From positions 1-41,945 of the IMG/VR virus record IMGVR_UViG_3300006129_000012: a DNA stretch of 41,945 bases. The stretch is one strand, 5' to 3'. Source of the DNA: a virus. Taxonomy: Duplodnaviria; Caudoviricetes. The notes beneath the pieces were generated by a model. It was not told the origin of the DNA. It did not search any database and worked only from the letters and a program-made list of their open reading frames with translations. Both the position numbers and the translations under genes were made by a program. Below, piece after piece: positions 7,786 through 14,784 of this stretch; position 1 is the stretch's first letter, and each line of letters begins with the position of its first letter.

Positions 7786-8553
7786 TTACACAGTAAGAAG
7801 ATCTGAACCTTCTTTGCCCATAAGTGCGTGTACACGACCTAGGATCTGCAGAACAACACCAAATACACCCAGTGCCATCCAACCAAAGAACACAAATCCC
7901 CAATGTAGAGGAGCAACAAAGAGTTCTTCCATGAACCAGAATGTATGACCCCATTCATTGAGACCGACGTTTGGAATAATCATAAATGGTCCAATAGCAA
8001 CAATCAAGAATGCTAGACTGTATCCCTGAGCAAAGTAAGGAATACGAGTGCGAGCATAAAAGAATGCACCAACAGCAATCACGCTGTAGATCGGATATGA
8101 CATATAGAACTCAATGATGTGACTTGGAGTAAAGTCAGTATCACGAATAACTGTCATGTGCCAAGTGCCGTCCTGTTCAGTAAAGAAGCTTGCACCCCAA
8201 TAAATGGCAATGCCGTATACTACTAGCCACTGCACTAGAACAACTAGACGGCGCATCTCTTCACGAGCAGACACGTTAGCAAGATTCCGATCACGGGTCT
8301 TCCAAAGATATCCAGCAAGACCCAGTCCTGAAACTAGCTCTAGTGGGATTTCAGTCCATAGGATAGACATCCAATAGGTTTGGAATTCAGGTGCGAACGA
8401 ATCAAGACCAGCTCTCCATCCAAAGATCTGCTCATAGATACGTACAATTAGGTAGAAAACATTTAGTGTAGCTAGACCAATCCACATTCCGCGTAGATCG
8501 ACGACTTTTGCTTCTGTGTTGGCAACTGCGCCAACTGCTGTATTTGTACTCAT
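7786..8553 (-). CDS. pmoC: Particulate methane monooxygenase subunit C (auxiliary metabolic gene), alphaproteobacterial Methylocystis/Methylosinus type
   Basis: 255 aa; GLDSFAPEFQTYW, WGASFFTEQDGTWHMTVIRDTDFTPSHIIEFY, PNVGLNEWGHTFWFMEELFVAPLHWGFV; the VVDLRGMWIGLA start matches type II methanotroph PmoC as I recall it; AAGGAG RBS at 8563-8568. Confidence 0.98.
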   Translation of the reverse strand: MSTNTAVGAVANTEAKVVDLRGMWIGLATLNVFYLIVRIYEQIFGWRAGLDSFAPEFQTYWMSILWTEIPLELVSGLGLAGYLWKTRDRNLANVSAREEMRRLVVLVQWLVVYGIAIYWGASFFTEQDGTWHMTVIRDTDFTPSHIIEFYMSYPIYSVIAVGAFFYARTRIPYFAQGYSLAFLIVAIGPFMIIPNVGLNEWGHTFWFMEELFVAPLHWGFVFFGWMALGVFGVVLQILGRVHALMGKEGSDLLTV

Positions 8554-8591
8554 ATTTTTTATCTCCTTAGATTTAAGTTAATTTAATCTAT

Positions 8592-8677
8592 AGAAGCTGC
8601 TCACAAGTACATGTAAATCTAATCATTAACTTAAGATTAATGCGTCGACTTTGGCATCTCTACTTGTGGATGCTTCT
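8592..8677 (-). promoter_or_regulatory. Long imperfect stem-loop in the pmoC 5' leader
   Basis: Nested pairs: agaagc 8592-8597 with 8672-8677; cacaagta 8602-8609 with 8661-8668; cattaa 8624-8629 with 8637-8642. Confidence 0.6.
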
Positions 8678-8712
8678 TTTAAGTTTACACACAATACGAT
8701 TTAAGATAATTT

Positions 8713-8734
8713 TCAATTCATATTAGCCTCCTTT
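8713..8734 (-). other. Strong RBS with two-codon minigene (Met-Asn-stop) upstream of pmoC
   Basis: Minus strand AAAGGAGG-CTAAT-ATG AAT TGA. Confidence 0.5.
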
Positions 8735-8753
8735 GTTTGTCGGAAACTCCGAA

Positions 8754-8761
8754 TATTTATC
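8754..8761 (-). promoter_or_regulatory. T4-like late promoter upstream of pmoC
   Basis: GATAAATA on -, same core as upstream of the structural genes; followed by a small hairpin TCGGA-GTT-TCCGA (8740-8752). Confidence 0.55.
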
Positions 8762-8811
8762 CATATACATAACTTATATGTGTATATAACTTTTAAATAT
8801 ATGACAATTTT

Positions 8812-9843
8812 TTAAACTGTCAATCTCTGATATATAGAAATCAATTTTTGTGAGTCGATCGTATTACTTTCAATGCTTTTCAAATGGCTAATAACAATAC
8901 TATCAACACTTTCAAAGTTGATTTCTGCCGATGTGTCTACTCCCACATCAGTGGCCTTTGTCACTTGCATGGTGATTTCTCTGGCACCCAATTCAGTTTC
9001 AAAAGTCTCCTTTAAAAAATTAACTTCTTCATAGGTTATATCCAGATCAATTGTAATTTTAGCATATGTTTTATCGTCGACATAAGCATATGGATCAGTC
9101 AGTAATTGACTTAATGTTAACACACGATACTTGGGAGCACCGGGCCATGTTTTAAAATTGGGTTTCTTTCCGGGTTCCCATAACATAATACCGCGCTCAT
9201 CATCTCCGGCATCTGAGAAATTATGAGGAAAACAATTACCGATATACCAAATACGATCTTCAAAACTCTGACGCTTGTGAAAATGCCCAGAGAATACTTG
9301 TTTTTGATTTACAAAGTGATCACGGTTTAATTGCCCGTGATCAGGCATCTCAATCATGGCATTCATTTTGAACTTGGGTAATTCAAAATGTCCAAACATA
9401 TATGGAGCTTTTACTTTTTGTACTTTTTTCCACTCGTCGTCTACTAGCCACGGTACAAATGCCACATCTCCAAATACAGTTAGTTTGTCTATAGCATGTA
9501 TGTTAGTAAATTCTTTTATATACGGTAAACTGTGAATCTCATATTTGTCTCTATAAAACAAGTCATGATTACCGATAATAAACACAACGTCGTCAAAATG
9601 CTTGCTGAGTGTTCTTAAAGCACTGACACTGTAATTAAGTGTTGAAATATTGATTGCAGAGCGAACGTGATGAAAATCGCCCAGAAATATACAAGTACGT
9701 GCACCAAATTCTTCAGCTTCATTGATCATCCATTGGATAAAATTTTCACAGGCTTGATTATGATCTCTACTATTATTCTTCAACCCATAGTGAATATCCG
9801 TAAATGCTACGCATTTGCTAAAGTCAATTTTTTTTTGAGCCAT
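8812..9843 (-). CDS. gp47: Recombination endonuclease nuclease subunit (T4 gp47 / SbcD / Mre11 family)
   Basis: Metallophosphoesterase motifs TDIHYG, LGDFHH, GNHD, GHFE, SGHFH. Confidence 0.95.
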   Translation of the reverse strand: MAQKKIDFSKCVAFTDIHYGLKNNSRDHNQACENFIQWMINEAEEFGARTCIFLGDFHHVRSAINISTLNYSVSALRTLSKHFDDVVFIIGNHDLFYRDKYEIHSLPYIKEFTNIHAIDKLTVFGDVAFVPWLVDDEWKKVQKVKAPYMFGHFELPKFKMNAMIEMPDHGQLNRDHFVNQKQVFSGHFHKRQSFEDRIWYIGNCFPHNFSDAGDDERGIMLWEPGKKPNFKTWPGAPKYRVLTLSQLLTDPYAYVDDKTYAKITIDLDITYEEVNFLKETFETELGAREITMQVTKATDVGVDTSAEINFESVDSIVISHLKSIESNTIDSQKLISIYQRLTV

Positions 9844-9886
9844 GATAATTCCTTTTGTTAACTTTAAGGTGTAGTTGACGATTAAA

Positions 9887-11632
9887 TCAAGTAATCGTCA
9901 TAGTATAAACCAAGTTTCCGCAATCCCATACTCTGGTGTATCCATTGGCTTGCATATTTTCCCATTCGGTAAGGTTAGGATCGAAAGTTAATAATTTTTT
10001 TGAAAGCATATGTTTTTGCCATAGTTGACGATTACCGACATATTTTCCGGATTTAGTAATGTAATAATATCCCGGTTTAGATATATGATCTAATTTAAAA
10101 CCTAATGTTTTATATAAATTACCAGTACTCCATCGTCTATTACAGTAACTAACAATAGATTCGTTAGATTTTACATGATTTTGTATGTAATATTTTAATA
10201 ACCTCCCAGCAGCACCAACAACTGCGGTTCCTCTAAGACTTGCAAATCTTAATAATTCGTGATTATACCTTTTATTATATCTGCTATTACCAAAGCTAGC
10301 AGCAGATAACAATTGTCCTTTATTGTCGAATAATCCTATAGAAATACTTGATCTACAAGGTCCTTGTAAATGATTTAATTCGAAAAAATTATTAGCAACC
10401 TTATTAGGTACTACATTAATAGTCAATTGTCTTGCACCAATTTTTTTATTGGTATTAATTAGATGTGATATCTTATCAATTATAAGATCAGAATTGTTAA
10501 AATATTCCCAATCAAAGAATTGCAATAATTGTATAGATTTAGATTCTGCAGCAAGAGTTTTTGATAAATGATAATTATAATCTTTTCCTTGTTTTTCACT
10601 GTGGTAATATGCACCGTTCAGTTCAATTCCAAAATTAAAATCTGGTAACCAGATATCAATCTCATAAGGGTATATTATATTTCTTACATTACATTTATAA
10701 TTAATATTTAATTGACCTAGTCTATAACATAGATCAGCTTCCATTGCACTACGGAAATGTTTTGTTATTTCTATACCGTACTTGTTAAAATATTTGCAAA
10801 GCTGTGAAGAGCTGATATCCAGGTCTTTAGCAATTTCACCGACACTTTTACCTTGTTTATTTTGATTTTCTAACCAGGACGGATTATGTAATAACTCATA
10901 TACTTCTGAAGTATGTCTATTTCTTTTACGACTTTCTGTTATTTTATAAGAAATTTCTTTATTCTGTGCCGGATTTTCAAATCCGTATCGTTCAATGTTA
11001 GTAGCCTTTACTTTTTCTTGTATATCTGAAGATTTTAAAGGGTTGCTAACTCCATATTTTTTTAAATTTGTTTCTTTCAGTTTGGTTTGAACATTTTTTG
11101 ATTTAGAAGGATTATCTACTCCGTATCTTTTACGATAGGTAGTTTTCATTTTTTCTTTGACATTTAAAGATTGAGCAGGATAATCAACACCAAAATTTAT
11201 TTGATTAGTTTTGATTGTACGTTGCTTAAATTCAGGGGTTTGCGAATAATGCTCTACACCAAATTTTTCAATACTGGTATTTTTAACTTTTGTTCGATAT
11301 TCAGCTGTTTGGCTGTAATGAACTACACCATGTTTTTCTAAATTCGTAGATTTAATTTTATCCTGTGTGTAAATGGCTGTACATTTTTTGCTGCAATAAG
11401 CTCTATATTGATGTTCGTCTTGATGCCATCCTAATAATTTACCACATTTACATAGAGGTATTATGTCGGTTTGATTTAGCACATGCCATATTAATTGTCG
11501 TGAATTGGTGCTATTTAATAGGGTTGATAATCTAATATATTCAGCCGAATATTGGCTGCTTATTAATTGATTAAAATTTATTCTTGGTTTAGATAAAAGA
11601 TCCAAAGACCAATTAATAATATTCTTATCCAT
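9887..11632 (-). CDS. Free-standing homing-endonuclease-like protein (Zn motif, tandem repeats, HTH, PD-(D/E)XK domain, GNAT-like C-terminus)
   Basis: CKCG...YCSKKC; about five repeats like K.TNLEKYGV.NP.KS; SVGEIAKDLDISSSQLCKYF HTH; EIDIWLPDFNFGIELNGAYYHS; SYCNRRWSTGNLYKTLGF. Start moved from 11719 (overlaps gp55) to ATG 11632 or 11638 because of the promoter position. Confidence 0.75.
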   Translation of the reverse strand: MDKNIINWSLDLLSKPRINFNQLISSQYSAEYIRLSTLLNSTNSRQLIWHVLNQTDIIPLCKCGKLLGWHQDEHQYRAYCSKKCTAIYTQDKIKSTNLEKHGVVHYSQTAEYRTKVKNTSIEKFGVEHYSQTPEFKQRTIKTNQINFGVDYPAQSLNVKEKMKTTYRKRYGVDNPSKSKNVQTKLKETNLKKYGVSNPLKSSDIQEKVKATNIERYGFENPAQNKEISYKITESRKRNRHTSEVYELLHNPSWLENQNKQGKSVGEIAKDLDISSSQLCKYFNKYGIEITKHFRSAMEADLCYRLGQLNINYKCNVRNIIYPYEIDIWLPDFNFGIELNGAYYHSEKQGKDYNYHLSKTLAAESKSIQLLQFFDWEYFNNSDLIIDKISHLINTNKKIGARQLTINVVPNKVANNFFELNHLQGPCRSSISIGLFDNKGQLLSAASFGNSRYNKRYNHELLRFASLRGTAVVGAAGRLLKYYIQNHVKSNESIVSYCNRRWSTGNLYKTLGFKLDHISKPGYYYITKSGKYVGNRQLWQKHMLSKKLLTFDPNLTEWENMQANGYTRVWDCGNLVYTMTIT

Positions 11633-11638
11633 TTGCAT

Positions 11639-11668
11639 ATTATACTGGACATTATTCCAGTTAGTCAA
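11639..11668 (-). promoter_or_regulatory. Sigma70-type promoter of the endonuclease gene
   Basis: TTGACT-N18-TATAAT; the spacer holds an inverted repeat actgga-N6-tccagt (11644-11661). Confidence 0.7.
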
Positions 11669-11681
11669 CAGATAGATTGAA

Positions 11682-13574
11682 TTATTTTGTTTTGGGAGCA
11701 GCCTTTGGTCCTCGTCCAAATCTATTCATAGTTTTAGATTTAACTACTGCATTACCGCTCATTTTTTGAATATCTTGTTCAGTTTGACGGGTATAACTTG
11801 GCATAGCACCGTGCATAATAAGCAAGTCATCTCTAATATTTTGACTACGTTTTTCTAAATTAAGTATACGAGTAAAACTATTGTTCACCGCCGCTGTATA
11901 ATAAGCAAACGGATTAGGAGTATCGCTTTTACTTTCATCAAATTGCAAGCCCATCTGGCTCAACTGTAATAATGCCTGCGACCTCATTTCGTCATTGTAG
12001 GTATTGGAAGTTAGGTACACAGTTCCGTTGCGACGGGCAACAAAGCATCCGTACTCTGTTTCGGGACACCATACCCAATCGTTATAAGGGGTAGTTGGAA
12101 CATTTGGATGATTGATTTTACCGGTACCAACATGTTCTCGTCCATTACGTTTTCCTCCATGAAAATCTAAGCATGAGGTATTGGTTTGATTCTTTCTTTT
12201 AGAAAACACGTTTACATTCCAGTAACTAACAGTTTTGCCAAATGAAAGCCTATCTTGTACATAATGAGTATTTGATCTATGACCGGTGATTACACATAGA
12301 GCTTGGAACATATCTATGTGTTCTTTAGATTTTTGTACATATCTCTTTTGTTTTCCTACTCGCCACCCGTCACCGTCGATCATTGTTTCAAGCAATAATT
12401 CCCGTTGTTTAGTAGTAAGTGCTAATAGAAAATCCCAGTTAAGGTTCTTTTCAGGTAAAACTTTTCCAAATTCTCTCGAATGTTCGCTAGATATTCTAAA
12501 GCAAACATTAAATTTATTAGTATATTGTAAATTACTTCTTTCGGAAAATTTATAACCTAACTGATTTAGACACGTTCTAATGCGATCAGCGTAGGGTCCT
12601 TCATTTTGCCAAAGAGTTATATTACTTAATATACCAGTTGTTTTACTGAAACGATAACTGCCTTCTGTAACAATCCAACCAGCTAATTCGACTAATGCAT
12701 CAGAATAAGTTTGTAGGTCATCTTGAACAGCTTCACCTAATAATATTATTTTGTCACTTTCGCGTAGAAGTTCAACTGGGACGAGACCTTGCGGTGTAAC
12801 TAATTTATGTTCTGGTGTAATAAGCATATCAACACCGGTTTTACTTGTAATTTTATGCATTAAACCGTTGAATTCTCCTCGATATATAGATTTAATTTTA
12901 GACCATTTTAAATACCCTTGATCGTACGATAGTATAATATCATTTTCTGTTATATCATTGATTCCCAACCATCCTCGTTGTGTAAGAGCTTCGGTATCTT
13001 TGCATACACAGTAGCCTCTCCAGTTGCCTCTGTGACTATAACGTTCTACCAGCTTCATAAACATGAGTGCTAGTCTATTGGTTGTTTTTCCGTGCATGAC
13101 ACTAAAATACCCATTTTCTAATCCACCAACCCAGTGACTTTTACCTACACATACAAATTCACCATCTCTAAATATATAATGTTGAAATGGAGGAAAATTA
13201 CATTTAATATGACGTTCTGCTTCTGTTTTAGCCTTGTGTAATTTTTCTTCATTTATGGGAACATGATCAAAAGTCATTAACCTTATAACAATACTTTCTG
13301 GGGTTATAGTTTCTATATCTAATACTATCTGAGGATTTTTAATACCATTTGCTACAGCTTCCTTTTTCATTTTACTTACAGTATCTGTGTAACGTTTAGT
13401 TCTGGCTTGTTCTATACGTTCAGGTGTAGCCTTAGATAAATCTGTTACAATAAAATCGTAATTTCCATATTCTTCTGAAATAAATTCACAATAGGTTTTT
13501 TTGCTGCGATGTATTTCTTCTAGTAAGTCTTTATTTGTTAAATATTTGATTTTATTTGTAGGTGAGTTAGTCAT
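11682..13574 (-). CDS. gp55: Late-transcription sigma factor (T4 gp55-like), intein-containing
   Basis: KYLTNKDLLEEI start; the exteins rejoin as YSHRGNWRGY|TYNDEMRSQAL; FDESKS..PNPFAYYT...NSFTRILNLEKR. Predicted spliced length 294 aa. Confidence 0.85.
   Translation of the reverse strand: MTNSPTNKIKYLTNKDLLEEIHRSKKTYCEFISEEYGNYDFIVTDLSKATPERIEQARTKRYTDTVSKMKKEAVANGIKNPQIVLDIETITPESIVIRLMTFDHVPINEEKLHKAKTEAERHIKCNFPPFQHYIFRDGEFVCVGKSHWVGGLENGYFSVMHGKTTNRLALMFMKLVERYSHRGNWRGYCVCKDTEALTQRGWLGINDITENDIILSYDQGYLKWSKIKSIYRGEFNGLMHKITSKTGVDMLITPEHKLVTPQGLVPVELLRESDKIILLGEAVQDDLQTYSDALVELAGWIVTEGSYRFSKTTGILSNITLWQNEGPYADRIRTCLNQLGYKFSERSNLQYTNKFNVCFRISSEHSREFGKVLPEKNLNWDFLLALTTKQRELLLETMIDGDGWRVGKQKRYVQKSKEHIDMFQALCVITGHRSNTHYVQDRLSFGKTVSYWNVNVFSKRKNQTNTSCLDFHGGKRNGREHVGTGKINHPNVPTTPYNDWVWCPETEYGCFVARRNGTVYLTSNTYNDEMRSQALLQLSQMGLQFDESKSDTPNPFAYYTAAVNNSFTRILNLEKRSQNIRDDLLIMHGAMPSYTRQTEQDIQKMSGNAVVKSKTMNRFGRGPKAAPKTK
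12003..13010 (-). mobile_element. Intein (336 aa) with LAGLIDADG homing endonuclease
   Basis: Block A CVCKDTEALTQRGW, block B ITPEHKL, LAGLIDADG-like ELAGWIVTEG and LLETMIDGDG, C-terminal WVWCPETEYGCFVARRNGTVYLTSN then Thr+1. Confidence 0.93.
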
Positions 13575-13616
13575 AATACTCCTTATATTAGAAATAACAT
13601 TAGGGCAAATGATTGA

Positions 13617-13645
13617 AGTGTAACATATTTACACATATAAGTCAA
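13617..13645 (-). promoter_or_regulatory. Sigma70-type promoter of the gp55-like gene
   Basis: TTGACT-N17-TACACT with extended TGn; AAGGAG RBS at 13579-13584. Confidence 0.75.
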
Positions 13646-13658
13646 AATGGATTATATA

Positions 13659-13682
13659 CGTAGTTTATAGTGTATATAAATA
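13659..13682 (+). promoter_or_regulatory. Late promoter of the baseplate operon
   Basis: Exact TATAAATA at 13675-13682 with CGTAGTTTA upstream. Confidence 0.75.
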
Positions 13683-13710
13683 ATAAACATATTATAACAA
13701 CGGTTTTAAA

Positions 13711-14481
13711 ATGTCAGGGTTTTTTAATTTTAATGGGCTTAACACATTAGCTAATTCATATTTTTCTAATAAGACCAATGATAGCGATTCTAATGGTCGC
13801 AGAGCTAGATTAAGGCCTAAACCAGCTGCAATGAATCAGATTGTAGGAGCCGGTGGAAATATACTAGCCCCAATATTAAATACCAATGGTATGATATGGC
13901 CTTATCAGCCTGCAATAACTTATCAACAAGATGTTGAATATACACAAGTTCCAATGGTACATACCAATCAAGACTTTTATGCTTATGCAAAAACACCAAG
14001 TGTTAAATTAACGTGCGAAGGAGAATTTACAGTTCAAAATCAAACAGAGGGTTTATATGCATTAGCTTGTATACATTTTTTACGAACAGTAACTAAAATG
14101 TATTTTGGACAAAGTGCAAATCCCGGTACTCCGCCGCCTATATTACTATTTGATGCATATGGACAATATATGTTTAACAAATTACCAGTGATAATAACCA
14201 ACTTTCAAGCAAATATGCCCAAAGAACCAGATTATGTGCCAATTGATTTAAGTTTATTAGGGCAAAATCCGCAATTAGACAGACAGGGATTAACTAATGT
14301 TTTTACAACGTCGTCATCTGGTATGTTAAATTCTAGTGCAGGTTCGGGGTATGTTTGGTTACCTGCTATATTTAATATTTCTGTTGCTATGACAGTACAA
14401 AATACACCGTCAGTGCTTACAACATTTAATCTTGATAGTTTTAGAAACGGTTCATTGCTTACAGGGGGAGGTTGGATATGA
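13711..14481 (+). CDS. Putative baseplate / tail-tube initiator protein
   Basis: TNGMIWPYQP, HFLRTVTKMYFG, GTPPPIL, LPVIITNF motifs typical of tube-fold baseplate proteins; precedes a gp53-like gene. Confidence 0.6.
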   Translation: MSGFFNFNGLNTLANSYFSNKTNDSDSNGRRARLRPKPAAMNQIVGAGGNILAPILNTNGMIWPYQPAITYQQDVEYTQVPMVHTNQDFYAYAKTPSVKLTCEGEFTVQNQTEGLYALACIHFLRTVTKMYFGQSANPGTPPPILLFDAYGQYMFNKLPVIITNFQANMPKEPDYVPIDLSLLGQNPQLDRQGLTNVFTTSSSGMLNSSAGSGYVWLPAIFNISVAMTVQNTPSVLTTFNLDSFRNGSLLTGGGWI

Positions 14482-14783
14482 CGGTTACATACGATCCTAG
14501 AAGTCCTTATGCACACACACTACAAGTTAACAAATATGTAAGTTATCTTGATTTTTGGACAGCAAGAATTATTCCATCAGCATCGGATGACTTGATAATC
14601 AGTTTAGATACAAAATACAACAATAGACCAGATTTATTATCATATGATTTGTATGGAACTCCGCAGCTATGGTGGATATTTGCAGTACGTAACCCAAATG
14701 TAATAAAAGATCCTGTATATGATTTTAAATCTGGAACTGTAATATATGCACCATCTAGTAACACCATAGGGGCTTATATATAA
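14478..14783 (+). CDS. Baseplate wedge protein, gp53-like (LysM-type fold)
   Basis: RPDLLSYDLYGTPQLWWIFA; ATG 14478 overlaps the upstream TGA (ATGA coupling). Confidence 0.8.
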   Translation: MTVTYDPRSPYAHTLQVNKYVSYLDFWTARIIPSASDDLIISLDTKYNNRPDLLSYDLYGTPQLWWIFAVRNPNVIKDPVYDFKSGTVIYAPSSNTIGAYI

Positions 14784-14784
14784 A

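Noticed and set aside
7634-7954. ORFs 7634..7948 (+) and 7733..7954 (-)
   Set aside because: They overlap pmoC, its terminator or the gp46 start; by-products of locally higher GC.
7786-8553. pmoC as host contamination or a host chromosomal flank
   Set aside because: It sits between two phage core genes, lacks pmoA/pmoB, has AT-shifted codons and phage-type signals; read-level confirmation is still advisable.
11633-11719. Track start at 11719 for the endonuclease
   Set aside because: It overlaps the gp55 3' end and spans a good sigma70 promoter; ATG 11632 or 11638 is more plausible.
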